From Candidatus Phoenicimicrobium oleiphilum (GTDB lineage: Bacteria; Atribacterota; Phoenicimicrobiia; Phoenicimicrobiales; Phoenicimicrobiaceae), in NCBI GenBank assembly GCA_039638295.1, contig JBDIWJ010000018.1:1-28490 (forward strand): DNA of 28,490 nucleotides, in the 5' to 3' direction. A model generated the notes under the pieces. The model searched no databases. It was not told the DNA's origin and was given only the letters and a program-made list of their open reading frames with translations. Positions 10,587 through 20,306 of the stretch are shown one piece after another (within the stretch, counting starts at the first letter, position 1; each line of letters opens with the position of its first letter). The position numbers and the translations under genes were made by a program.

Positions 10587-10881
10587 TTTCCTTTCCTCCC
10601 TATCTCTATCGTATTGCGTATCGCGCTTGTTAGCGTATAACGTGAAAATAGTTAGCCAGTTATCCAGTTTACCAGTTACCCGGAATAAAAGCGTATCATG
10701 TATCTCGTGAATCATATCTCGTAAAGAAAATAGTACTATTTCATATACAAGGGGGTATGATACATCGCATCTCCACTCCTGAATTATGATCTTCTTAACG
10801 CAAAACGCAATACGAATTATGATATACTATTAGATTCTGTCTACTGACTTCTGCTATCCTCACAAGATACGAGATACGAAT

Positions 10882-11901
10882 TTAGAATTGTTTTAAAAAT
10901 CTTAAATCATTTTCAAAAAATAACCGGATATCATTTATACCATATTTTAACATAGCAATCCTTTCTGCTCCCATTCCAAAAGCAAAACCAGAATATTTCT
11001 CTGAATCGTATCCTACCATCTGAAATACTGCAGGATCAGTCATCCCTGAACCCATAATCTCTAACCACCCGGTATATCCACAAGCTCTGCATCCTTTTCC
11101 CTGGCATAACAGGCAAGATACGTCTACCTCTGCACTTGGTTCTGTAAAAGGAAAATAACCCGGTCTAAATCTAACTTTCCTATCTTCACCAAACATTCTA
11201 TGCACAAAAACTGTTAGAACTCCTTTTAAATCACCAAAAGTAATATCTTCATCGACAGCCAAACCCTCTATCTGGTGAAACATAGGTGAATGAGTGCTAT
11301 CAGCAGCATCCCGCCTATAACATCTACCTATAGCAATCATCCTAACTGGTGGTTGCTGTTTTTCCATCACTCTGATTTCAACTGGTGAAGTATGGGTGCG
11401 AAGTAAAATTTCTCTATTTATATAAAAAGAATCCTGATCATCCCTGGCAGGATGATCTTTAGGTATATTAAGTGCTTCAAAGTTATAATAATCCAATTCC
11501 ACTTCTGGACCTTCTTCTAGTTTAAATCCTAAACTGAAAAATATTTCCTCAATTTTCTTTAAAACTAAGGTGATGGGATGCAAGTTTCCTCTATCCAACC
11601 TCCTACCTGGTAGAGTAACATCAATACTTTCTTCCTGCAATCTTTTATCTCTTTCTGCTTTTTCTATTTCCTTGATTCTTGTCTTCAAAAAATCTTCAAT
11701 TTCTCTTTTCGTTTGATTTAACAACTGTCCAATTTTTGGTCTTTCTTCCGATGAGAGTGTACCTAACATCCTCAAAAGAAGCGTTAATACTCCTTTTCGA
11801 CCCAAATATTCTATTCTTAACTTTTCAATATCTTTTATATTATTAGCAATTTCTGATTTAGAAATAAATTCTTCCTTAATTTTATGTATTTTCTCTTCCA
11901 A
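10882..11901 (-). CDS. pheS: Phenylalanine--tRNA ligase alpha subunit
   Basis: HPARD, LLRTHTS, FPFTEPS, GFAFGMG; TTG start with strong RBS. Confidence 0.98.
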   Translation of the reverse strand: MEEKIHKIKEEFISKSEIANNIKDIEKLRIEYLGRKGVLTLLLRMLGTLSSEERPKIGQLLNQTKREIEDFLKTRIKEIEKAERDKRLQEESIDVTLPGRRLDRGNLHPITLVLKKIEEIFFSLGFKLEEGPEVELDYYNFEALNIPKDHPARDDQDSFYINREILLRTHTSPVEIRVMEKQQPPVRMIAIGRCYRRDAADSTHSPMFHQIEGLAVDEDITFGDLKGVLTVFVHRMFGEDRKVRFRPGYFPFTEPSAEVDVSCLLCQGKGCRACGYTGWLEIMGSGMTDPAVFQMVGYDSEKYSGFAFGMGAERIAMLKYGINDIRLFFENDLRFLKQF

Positions 11902-11948
11902 TAGTTCTCCCTCCTTAGATTACAATAATCATAATATTAATTATTAAC

Positions 11949-12222
11949 AAAAAAAGGTTTATAATCTAATTCGTCTCCTGTTATAAAGGGACGAAAAATT
12001 ATAAACCTTTTCCGCGGTACCACCCTTTTTGATTTACTTTATATCAAGTAAATCCATACTTTCCCCCTATTAACAGTGGGGAGCTGGCAAAACCTACTCT
12101 TAAGAATTTCAGTTTGCAGTTCTAAAGTGAATTTCGATTATTCCATTACCAGTTTTATATTTGTCCTCATGAAAGTGGGAAGCTGGCTTAGTTATAACCT
12201 AGTTATCTTTATTATAACTTTT
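11949..12222 (-). promoter_or_regulatory. T-box riboswitch (Phe) upstream of pheS
   Basis: GGGTGGTACCGCG at 12013-12025, terminator with U tract 11949-12011, Stem III hairpin near 12031-12055, putative UUC specifier 12129-12131. Stem I apex is atypical. Confidence 0.88.
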
Positions 12223-12271
12223 AAACAATATGGCTATTTTTTATAATCATTTATATTTATAAAAAATGAAA

Positions 12272-12628
12272 TTAACTCATACTTTCTTTAGATACTTTTA
12301 CCAAATTATTAAAAGCTTCAGGTTCATTTACTGCAAATTCTGCTAATATCTTTCTATTAATTTCCACTCCTGCTACTTTTAAACCTCTTATAAACTTGTT
12401 ATAAGATATGCCTTGATTTCTCGCAGCAATACCAATTCGGGTAATCCATAAATTTCTAAAATCTCTCTTTTTTACCCTTCGGTCTCTATAGGCATATGAA
12501 AGAGATTTCATCATTGCTTCATGAGCAACTCGATAAAGTTTACTTTTTGCGCCCCAAAATCCTTTGGTTAATTTAAGTACTTTTTTCCTCCTTCTTCTTG
12601 AGGCCACGCTATTCTTTACTCTGGGCAT
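12272..12628 (-). CDS. rplT: 50S ribosomal protein L20
   Basis: MPRVK...YAYRDRR...LWITRI; ATG at 12628 with AAGGAGTG RBS. Confidence 0.98.
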   Translation of the reverse strand: MPRVKNSVASRRRRKKVLKLTKGFWGAKSKLYRVAHEAMMKSLSYAYRDRRVKKRDFRNLWITRIGIAARNQGISYNKFIRGLKVAGVEINRKILAEFAVNEPEAFNNLVKVSKESMS

Positions 12629-12730
12629 GCTTTTCACTCCTTATTTTTTTATATCATAAGATTATCAGGGGAGTAGACTCTTCCCAAAACTCCTCTGCTT
12701 TACATTATTTTTATTATATTCCAAAAAATA

Positions 12731-12928
12731 TTAAGCATAAGGTAACAATACCTTAATTTTTTTTACCTCAGCATCACTTACTATGGTAGATTTTCTTAAA
12801 TTCCTTTTGCGCTTTGTAGTCTTTTTAGTTAAAATATGGCTTTTATAAGCCTTCGATCTTAATATTTTACCTGATTTATTTACTTTGAATCTTTTTGCTG
12901 CACCTCTATGGGTCTTCATTTTAGGCAT
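12731..12928 (-). CDS. rpmI: 50S ribosomal protein L35
   Basis: [14 protein letters not shown] signature. Confidence 0.98.
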   Translation of the reverse strand: MPKMKTHRGAAKRFKVNKSGKILRSKAYKSHILTKKTTKRKRNLRKSTIVSDAEVKKIKVLLPYA

Positions 12929-12961
12929 AATATATTTTACCTTTCTCTATAGTTTTACTTA

Positions 12962-13474
12962 TTATTTAGGTACTAGAACTAAAATCATATTCCTTCCTTC
13001 TAATTTTGGTTCTTTTGATACGTTAGCTATTTCTTCAGTATGATTAATTATACGATCTAATAATTCTCTCCCCAGGCTCACATAATTCATCTCTCGCCCT
13101 CTAAACATTATAGTAACCTTTACTTGATTACCATCTTTTAAAAACTTACATAAATTCTTTAATTTAAAATTATAATCATGCTCACCAATATTTGGACGCA
13201 TTTTTATTTCTTTCAATCCACCACTTTTTTGCTTCTTCTTCCCGCTCTTAGCTTTTTTATCAAGCAAATATTTGTACTTACCATAATCAATAATTCTACA
13301 TACCGGAGGATCAGCATCTGGTGCAACTTCAACTAAGTCAAGATTACTTTTTTCAGCAAGTTCAAGACCCTCCTGTTTACTCACTATTCCTATTTGCTTA
13401 CCATCAGCATCAATAAGTCTGATAGTTTTTGCTTTAATATTATTATTTATCCTCAATCCTGATGTTGACTTAAT
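12962..13474 (-). CDS. infC: Translation initiation factor IF-3 (probable ATT start)
   Basis: PPVCRIIDYGKY, FRGRE, EGRNM motifs; in-frame ATT at 13472-13474, 9 nt after an AAGGGGG RBS. Confidence 0.95.
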   Translation of the reverse strand: MKSTSGLRINNNIKAKTIRLIDADGKQIGIVSKQEGLELAEKSNLDLVEVAPDADPPVCRIIDYGKYKYLLDKKAKSGKKKQKSGGLKEIKMRPNIGEHDYNFKLKNLCKFLKDGNQVKVTIMFRGREMNYVSLGRELLDRIINHTEEIANVSKEPKLEGRNMILVLVPK

Positions 13475-13520
13475 ATGAGTTTTCCCCCTTTGTAAAAATA
13501 ATTATAATTATTTTTAAGAA

Positions 13521-13549
13521 ACTATAGCATATTCTTAATTTTTAGTCAA
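13521..13549 (-). promoter_or_regulatory. Sigma70/A promoter for infC-rpmI-rplT
   Basis: TTGACT-17 bp-TATAGT with TGn extension. Confidence 0.7.
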
Positions 13550-13735
13550 TATATACTTATATCTTGTATCTCGTGAATCGTATCTCACAAAAATCATAAA
13601 GTTAAAAATATTAAAAAATTAAAAAAATTGTGTGTTTGAATTTATTTTTCTTTTTCTAATTCCTCATTAAAATTTACAATAACGTAAACCTTTATAAATA
13701 ATCAGAATATATGGATATAGAAGAATTTTTACCTG

Positions 13736-15646
13736 CTATAAAGTTTTTTCTTTAATCTCTTTTAAAATATCTTCGATAAACCTGGTTAATTTTATCTTCC
13801 CTAAGTCCCCTTCTCCTCTCTTTCTTACTGATACCAGGTCCTCTTCTGTTTCTTTGTCTCCAAATATTAACATATAAGGTACTTTTTCTAATTCTGCTTT
13901 TCTTACCTTCGCTCCAATTTTTTCGTTAATCTCATCTAACTCTGCTCTTATACTATGCTTTTTTAATTCCTTCATAATATTTTTGCCATAATCAATGTGT
14001 CTATCTGCAATGGGTAATAGTTTCACTTGCACAGGAGATAACCATACAGGAAATGCTCCGGCATAATTTTCAATTAGAATTCCGATAAATCTCTCAATAC
14101 TTCCGAGAATAGTCCTATGTAACATTACCGGTCTTTCTTTATCTCCTGTTTTATTAATATAAAAAAGGTCGAATTTTTCTGGCATAATAAAGTCTAATTG
14201 AATTGTCCCACACTGCCAGCTTCTACCTATACAATCTTTCAAATGAAAGTCTATCTTGGGTCCATAAAATGCCCCTTCACCTTCATTTACGATATATTTA
14301 ATTTCCTTCTCTATTAAAGCTTCTTCCAAACTTTTAGTAGCCTTTTCCCATATCTCATCAGAACCCATAGCATTTTCTGGTTTAGTGCTCAATTCTACAT
14401 GATAAGAAAAACCGAACGTCTTATATAAACGATCAGTTAAATCAATTACTCCTTTTATTTCTTCTCCAATCTGGTCAGGAGTCATAAATATATGAGCGTC
14501 ATCTTGAGTAAAACACCTTACCCTGAAGAGACCATGCAATACTCCGGATAATTCATGCCTATGTACTAACCCTAATTCAGCCATCCTGAGTGGTAATTCT
14601 CTATAACTGTGTAGACTACATTTATAAATCAATATGCCCCCTGGACAATTCATTGGTTTAATCGCATAATCTTCCTCATCAATCTTGGTAAAATACATAT
14701 TCTCCTTATAATGATCCCAATGACCTGACTTCATCCACAATGATTTATTCAAAATAATTGGGGTTTTCACTTCTGTGTAGCCACTTTTTTGATGTTCTTC
14801 TCTCCAGTAATTCTCTAAGATATTTCTTAAGACCATTCCTTTGGGATGAAAGAAAGGAAAGCCAACGCCTTCATCATGCATACTGAACAACTCTAAATCT
14901 CTTCCTAATTTTCGGTGATCTCTCCTTTTTGCTTCTTCCACTAATCTTAGATAGTTCTCTAATTCGGATTTTTTATCAAAAGAAATACCATAAATACGTT
15001 GCAACATTTTATTTTTTTCATTCCCTCTCCAGTATGCGCCAGCAACACTTAAAAGTTTGAAAGCTTTTATCTTTCCAGTAGAAGGAACATGAGGCCCTCT
15101 GCACAGGTCCATAAAATCTCCCTGCTGATATAATGTAACTTTCTCATCCTGAATGTCTTCTAAAAGTTCCAATTTATATTTCTCTTCTTTATCTTTAAAA
15201 ATTTTTTTAGCCTCTTCTTTGTTTACTTCAATCTTTTTAAATGGTAAATCTCTCTCAATAATCTCCTTCATCTTTTGCTCAATAATTACCATATCTTCAG
15301 GAGTAAAGGAACGCTCTATATCAAAATCATAATAAAATCCATCTTTAATTGCAGGTCCGATAGCCAATTTTGCTTCAGGAAATAATTCCTTTACTGCCTG
15401 AGCCATAATATGAGAAGTACTATGATGATAGATTTCTTTCCCGTCGGATGAGGAAAAAGTTAATATCTCAATATGATCATCATCCTCAAGCACATAGTCT
15501 AAATCCTTCTTTGCTCCATTCACTATTCCTGCAATAGCTTCTTTACCCAATCTTGGGCTTATTTTACAAGCAGCATCAAATAAAGTTGCGCCTTTACTCA
15601 ATTCTATCTTTGAACCATCCAACAAAATAACTTTAATGTCAGTCAT
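13736..15646 (-). CDS. thrS: Threonine--tRNA ligase
   Basis: TGS domain, DLCRGPH, RDHRKLG, KPMNCP, FYGPKID. Confidence 0.98.
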   Translation of the reverse strand: MTDIKVILLDGSKIELSKGATLFDAACKISPRLGKEAIAGIVNGAKKDLDYVLEDDDHIEILTFSSSDGKEIYHHSTSHIMAQAVKELFPEAKLAIGPAIKDGFYYDFDIERSFTPEDMVIIEQKMKEIIERDLPFKKIEVNKEEAKKIFKDKEEKYKLELLEDIQDEKVTLYQQGDFMDLCRGPHVPSTGKIKAFKLLSVAGAYWRGNEKNKMLQRIYGISFDKKSELENYLRLVEEAKRRDHRKLGRDLELFSMHDEGVGFPFFHPKGMVLRNILENYWREEHQKSGYTEVKTPIILNKSLWMKSGHWDHYKENMYFTKIDEEDYAIKPMNCPGGILIYKCSLHSYRELPLRMAELGLVHRHELSGVLHGLFRVRCFTQDDAHIFMTPDQIGEEIKGVIDLTDRLYKTFGFSYHVELSTKPENAMGSDEIWEKATKSLEEALIEKEIKYIVNEGEGAFYGPKIDFHLKDCIGRSWQCGTIQLDFIMPEKFDLFYINKTGDKERPVMLHRTILGSIERFIGILIENYAGAFPVWLSPVQVKLLPIADRHIDYGKNIMKELKKHSIRAELDEINEKIGAKVRKAELEKVPYMLIFGDKETEEDLVSVRKRGEGDLGKIKLTRFIEDILKEIKEKTL

Positions 15647-15672
15647 AATAATTACCTCCCTTTTATGTAAAT

Positions 15673-15950
15673 AAAAAAACTTCTCATCCTCCTATAATAA
15701 AAGGACGAGAAGTATAGTCGAACCATCTCGCGGTTCCACCTTTTTTAGTTAAAATTAATACGATAAACAATTAATCTTAACTCACTTAAGAAATATTTTA
15801 TCGGATATAACCCGCCTAATCTTACTCATTTTTAAAACTTTGAATCAGGGTATTACAGAAAGGTATTCGGACAATCATTTATATAGATACTCGCAGCTTA
15901 AGTATCTATTCTCTTTAATAAATGATTAACCTACTATTTCCTGTAACTAT
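15673..15950 (-). promoter_or_regulatory. T-box riboswitch (Thr) upstream of thrS
   Basis: AGTA, AGAGA and GCTG Stem I motifs, ACC specifier 15862-15864, GGTGGAACCGCG at 15729-15740, terminator with U tract. Confidence 0.93.
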
Positions 15951-15976
15951 TTTAATTTTCTATTCTATTTTTGAAA

Positions 15977-16051
15977 TGGTGGGCGGTACTGGACTCGAAC
16001 CAGTGACCTCTTGCGCGTCAAGCAAGCATTCTTCCTCTGAACTAACCGCCC
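15977..16051 (-). tRNA. tRNA-Val(GAC)
   Basis: Cloverleaf; anticodon arm CTTGC-TTGACGC-GCAAG; encoded CCA. Confidence 0.95.
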
Positions 16052-16093
16052 ATTTCCAGGCAACCAGTCGTCTCACAAAAATTCAAAACTAAA

Positions 16094-16167
16094 TGGAGGC
16101 GGCACTCGGATTCGAACCGAGGATGAAGGATTTGCAGTCCTCTGCCTTCCCACTTGGCGATGCCGCC
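16094..16167 (-). tRNA. tRNA-Cys(GCA)
   Basis: GGCGGCATCGCCAAG...CTGCAAA...GCCGCCTCCA. Confidence 0.96.
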
Positions 16168-16187
16168 TCATTTAATTTTTATAAAGA

Positions 16188-16262
16188 TGGAGCGGAAAAC
16201 GGGATTTGAACCCGCGACCCTCGCCTTGGCAAGGCGATGCTCTACCACTGAGCTATTTCCGC
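16188..16262 (-). tRNA. tRNA-Gly(GCC)
   Basis: GCGGAAATAGCTCAG...TTGCCAA...TTCCGCTCCA. Confidence 0.96.
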
Positions 16263-16273
16263 AAAAACAAATT

Positions 16274-16349
16274 TGGTGCCGAGACCCAGAATCGAACTGG
16301 GCACACGTGGATTTTCAGTCCACTGCTCTACCAACTGAGCTATCTCGGC
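16274..16349 (-). tRNA. tRNA-Phe(GAA)
   Basis: GCCGAGATAGCTCAG...CTGAAAA...CTCGGCACCA. Confidence 0.96.
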
Positions 16350-16386
16350 ATTTATAAATCGCCTTACTAATTTTATTTAATAGAAA

Positions 16387-16465
16387 TGGCGGGGTCGACG
16401 AGATTTGAACTCGCGATCTCCTGCGTGACAGGCAGGCGTGTTAAACCAGGCTACACTACGACCCC
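16387..16465 (-). tRNA. tRNA-Asp(GTC)
   Basis: GGGGTCGTAGTGTAG...CTGTCAC...GACCCCGCCA. Confidence 0.96.
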
Positions 16466-16496
16466 TTTATGCTTATATTTATTTATTTATCAAAAA

Positions 16497-16572
16497 TGGT
16501 AGGCGGAACAGGGCTTGAACCTGTGACCCCTGGCTTGTAAAGCCAGTGCTCTCCCAACTGAGCTATCCGCCC
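16497..16572 (-). tRNA. tRNA-Val(TAC)
   Basis: GGGCGGATAGCTCAG...TTTACAA...CCGCCTACCA. Confidence 0.96.
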
Positions 16573-16602
16573 ACTTATTTTAACCTTTACTCGGTAAAAT
16601 TT

Positions 16603-16631
16603 ATTATAGCATCTCTCTTTTTCTTTGTCTA
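16603..16631 (-). promoter_or_regulatory. Sigma70/A promoter of the tRNA cluster
   Basis: TAGACA-17 bp-TATAAT with TGn extension, 30 nt upstream of tRNA-Val(TAC). Confidence 0.75.
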
Positions 16632-16896
16632 TAATAATATTAGCATAATATTTAGGAATTTTGCAAAAATATTCACATAAACGACTTATCGTTTATGTTT
16701 AATCCACCAACCCACCAATCTTCCAATTCATCAATTAAATTTAAATTAGCCACTAGCATTAACAGTAATAATATCCAGGATTTTGGTTCCCAATTACCAA
16801 CTTTTTTATTCTATTTTCTCAATTGAGTAAAAGGTAAACTGGCTAACTGGCTGATTATCTCCACTATATACTATTCACTAACGACTATTCACTATT

Positions 16897-17346
16897 TTAA
16901 AACGGAATATCATCTTCTGATACTGAAGTATCTTCATTTATTCCTTCTTCAGGAATATTCTCCTCACCTTCAGCTGAATATTCTTCTGGTGCGATACCCG
17001 TATCTTTTATTAAATCTAAAAATTGAACAGTCCTGGCATTAATTTCATAAGAAACCCTTTTATTTCCATCTTTATCTTGCCAATTATTAGACCTCAATTC
17101 ACCATTTATGGCTACTCTTCTTCCTTTCTTTAAAAACTGTGAACAATTTTCTGCCTGTTTGCCCCAGGTTACCACATTTATAAAGAGAGTATCTTCTACA
17201 TTGTTTCCTTCTTGATTTTTATAGGTCCTATTTATAGCTATACCAAATTTACATACACCTTTCCCGGAAGGGGTATATCTTAACTCCGGGTCTCTTGTCA
17301 ATCTGCCAATTCCAATAAAATTATTTAAGTCACCAAAAGTAGCCAT
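16897..17346 (-). CDS. ssb: Single-stranded DNA-binding protein
   Basis: GRLTRDPELRYTPSG and C-terminal DDIPF. Confidence 0.97.
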   Translation of the reverse strand: MATFGDLNNFIGIGRLTRDPELRYTPSGKGVCKFGIAINRTYKNQEGNNVEDTLFINVVTWGKQAENCSQFLKKGRRVAINGELRSNNWQDKDGNKRVSYEINARTVQFLDLIKDTGIAPEEYSAEGEENIPEEGINEDTSVSEDDIPF

Positions 17347-17404
17347 AAAATTTCCTCCTTCTTTAATTTTAAATTTTGAGCTATGGTTTTACGTTTTGCG
17401 TTTT

Positions 17405-19900
17405 TCATTTTACCACAATATTTACCAGTTTCCTAGAAACAGTAATAACTTTTACAATCTTCTTGCCTTCAATCTTTTCTTTAATTTTAGGCAAGGCGAG
17501 TGCTTCATTTTTTATTCTTTCATCATCATAAGATGCTGGCACCAATATCCTTCCCCTTAACTTCCCATTTACCTGGATTACAATTAATTTTTCCTCTTCT
17601 TCTAATAATTTCACATCATATTTAGGCCAGGGTTGTAGATAGATGCTTTCTTTATGTCCCATCTCCTGCCACAGTTCTTCCGAAAGGTGAGGAGCAATTG
17701 GAGATAATAGTCTTACTACTGTTTCCAAAGCTTCCCTTAAAACCAAGATATCACCTTCTTCAGAATATTTCTCTCCCACCTCGAATTTATATATTTCATT
17801 AACTAATTCCATAATCGCACTAATGGCAGTATTAAAATGAAATCTCTCTTCAATATCTTCGGTGACTTTTTTTATAGTTTGATGCGTCTTTTGCGTTATT
17901 CTTCTTGCTTCATTGCTTATCTTTTCAAAAGAAATATCTTTTTTCTCTTTCGCATTTTTTAAACATTCTAAATTCTTATAAATTAACCGCCAAACTCGAT
18001 TTAAAAATCTCGATGCTCCTTCCATCCCCTTATCGGTCCATTCCATATCTGCTTCTGGGGGACCTGCAAATAACATCATTATTCTGGTAGCATCAACTCC
18101 ATATTTTGCAAGTATCTCGCCAGGAGTAACTACATTACCTTTTGACTTAGACATTGCTGCTCCATCTTTACAGACCATTCCCTGGGTGAAAAGTCTTTTA
18201 AAGGGTTCTTTAAAATTAACAAAACCCATATCATAGAGAGCTTTAGTAAAAAAACGCGAATACAGAAGGTGTAATATAGCGTGCTCTACTCCACCGATAT
18301 ACTGATCCACGGGCATCCAATATCTTAATTCTTCGGCATCAAAAGGAGCGGTATCAACTTGAGGAGAACAAAATCTAAAGTAATACCAGGAAGAACAAAC
18401 AAAAGTATCCATAGTATCTGTTTCTCTCCTGGACTTTTTACCACATTTAGGACAAATTGTATTAACAAAATCCTCACTACTGGCTAATGGTGACATACCT
18501 TTAGGTCTAAAATCAATATCTTCCGGAAGTACAACTGGTAAGTCATCTTCGGGTACAGGAACTATCCCACAATCAGGACAATAAATTATGGGAATAGGGG
18601 CTCCCCAATAACGCTGCCGAGAGATAAGCCAATCTCTTAATCTATAATTAACCTCTCTCTTCCCTATACCTTTTTCAACCAGATAATCTATTATCTTCTC
18701 TAACGCGTCAGTGCTGGATAAGCCATTGAATTGACCAGAATTAACCATAACCCCTTCTCCATCAAAAGCCACCTCTATCGAGTTAGGTAAAATTTCTTTG
18801 TCCTTTGGTTGAATAACTACCCTAATAGGAAGATTATATTTTTTTGCAAATTCAAAATCCCTCTGATCATGTGCTGGAACTGCCATTACTGCACCAGTCC
18901 CATATTCCATTAATACATAATTGGCTACCCAAATAGGAATCTCTTCATTATTTATGGGGTTTATTACATATTTACCTGTGAAACGTCCTCTTTTCTCTAA
19001 GGTAGTTGATATCCTTTCTATTGCACTCTCTTTACTTACCTCTTTTATAAAAATTTGAACTTCACCTTTATATGGAGAGTCTTTTATTATCTCTTCTACC
19101 AAAGGGTGTTCAGGGGATAATAGAAAATAAGTTGCCCCATATAGAGTATCAGGTCGAGTAGTAAAAACTGGAATAGTCTTATTGCTTCCTTTTATAGGAA
19201 ATTCAATCCTTGCACCTTCACTTCTTCCAATCCAATTCTCTTGCATAGTCAATACTTTTTCAGGCCATTCTTCTAATAATTCCATATCATCAAGTAATCT
19301 CTGGGCATATTCTGTAATTTTAAAAAACCATTGAGACAACTCTTTTTTAACAACTTCAGAATCACACCTCCAGCATTTTCCGTCTATCACTTGTTCATTA
19401 GCTAACACTACATTACAAGAAGGGCACCAATTTACTACTGCTTTTTTCTTATAAGCTAATCCCTTTTTATATAATTGTAAAAACATCCACTGAGTCCACT
19501 TATAGTAATTCGGATTACAGGTAGCTATTTCTCTATCCCAATCATAACTAATGCTCATATTAATAAGAGTATTCTTCATTTTTTGAATATTTTTTTTAGT
19601 CCAGATTGAAGGATGAATATTATTTTTTATAGCAGCGTTCTCCGCCGGTAAGCCAAAAGCATCCCAACCCATAGGGTGTAAAACATTATATCCTTGATAA
19701 TGTTTGTATCTAGCTACTACATCACCGATAACATAATTCTTCACATGTCCCATATGGGGTTCTCCGGAAGGATAAGGAAACATTTCTAAAACATAATATT
19801 TTGGTTTTTTAAAATCGACATAAGATTTAAAAAAATTATTTTTTGTCCAATACTCTTGCCATTTTTTTTCAACTTCAATAAAACTATATCTCTCTTCCAT
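17405..19900 (-). CDS. leuS: Leucine--tRNA ligase
   Basis: MFPYPSG-HMGH, FTTRPDT editing domain, MSKSKGN. Confidence 0.98.
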   Translation of the reverse strand: MEERYSFIEVEKKWQEYWTKNNFFKSYVDFKKPKYYVLEMFPYPSGEPHMGHVKNYVIGDVVARYKHYQGYNVLHPMGWDAFGLPAENAAIKNNIHPSIWTKKNIQKMKNTLINMSISYDWDREIATCNPNYYKWTQWMFLQLYKKGLAYKKKAVVNWCPSCNVVLANEQVIDGKCWRCDSEVVKKELSQWFFKITEYAQRLLDDMELLEEWPEKVLTMQENWIGRSEGARIEFPIKGSNKTIPVFTTRPDTLYGATYFLLSPEHPLVEEIIKDSPYKGEVQIFIKEVSKESAIERISTTLEKRGRFTGKYVINPINNEEIPIWVANYVLMEYGTGAVMAVPAHDQRDFEFAKKYNLPIRVVIQPKDKEILPNSIEVAFDGEGVMVNSGQFNGLSSTDALEKIIDYLVEKGIGKREVNYRLRDWLISRQRYWGAPIPIIYCPDCGIVPVPEDDLPVVLPEDIDFRPKGMSPLASSEDFVNTICPKCGKKSRRETDTMDTFVCSSWYYFRFCSPQVDTAPFDAEELRYWMPVDQYIGGVEHAILHLLYSRFFTKALYDMGFVNFKEPFKRLFTQGMVCKDGAAMSKSKGNVVTPGEILAKYGVDATRIMMLFAGPPEADMEWTDKGMEGASRFLNRVWRLIYKNLECLKNAKEKKDISFEKISNEARRITQKTHQTIKKVTEDIEERFHFNTAISAIMELVNEIYKFEVGEKYSEEGDILVLREALETVVRLLSPIAPHLSEELWQEMGHKESIYLQPWPKYDVKLLEEEEKLIVIQVNGKLRGRILVPASYDDERIKNEALALPKIKEKIEGKKIVKVITVSRKLVNIVVK

Positions 19901-19923
19901 TTTAAATAATCCTCCTTAAACGT

Positions 19924-20285
19924 AAAAATCTCGTCTCCAGCAATTATCTTAAATTACAAGGGACGAGATTTTTCCCGTGGTACCACCCTTTTTTGGTAGA
20001 CATTTTTATATATTATAAACTGGTGGAGCTGGCGGGAATCGAACCCGCGACCTCCTCCACGCCAAGGAGGCGCGCTCCCGACTGCGCTACAGCCCCATAT
20101 TATATTATCTACTCTTGTTAAACAATTAACGCTTGCTAACGTTGTAAACTACTTTAAAAACTATTTTTATTGATTTAATATTTCGCTTACAAAACTTGAA
20201 GGTGAGTTTGAAGGCTTTTTATCAGTTTTCACCAAAATACTGATTCTCTTTTAAATATTTACCTTTTACTCCTTCGCTTAGTTTT
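19924..20285 (-). promoter_or_regulatory. T-box riboswitch (Leu) upstream of leuS, containing an embedded tRNA
   Basis: Stem I with GAAGG/CCTTC, AGTA, AGAGA, GGTGAAA; CUC specifier 20204-20206; Stem II with AGTA; GCGTTA motif; GGGTGGTACCACG 19976-19988; terminator 19924-19973. Confidence 0.92.
20021..20096 (-). tRNA. tRNA-Ala(GGC), inside the leuS T-box leader
   Basis: GGGGCTGTAGCGCAGTCGGGAGCGCGCCTCC-TTGGCGT-GGAGGAGGTCGCGGGTTCGATTCCCGCCAGCTCCACCA; 76 nt, G3:U70, A73, encoded CCA. Confidence 0.96.
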
Positions 20286-20306
20286 TCCATTATTTAATTC
20301 TTTTTA

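Noticed and set aside
16154..16357. 67-aa plus-strand ORF
   Set aside because: Antisense shadow of tRNA genes.
20055..20070. G37 in tRNA-Ala(GGC) as a sign of a pseudogene
   Set aside because: All stems pair, G3:U70 is intact, and tRNA-Val(GAC) in this window also has G37.
20097..20130. Independent promoter for tRNA-Ala (TATAAT just upstream)
   Set aside because: TATAAT ends 2 nt before the tRNA and lacks a properly spaced -35; kept only as a refutation test for the top finding.
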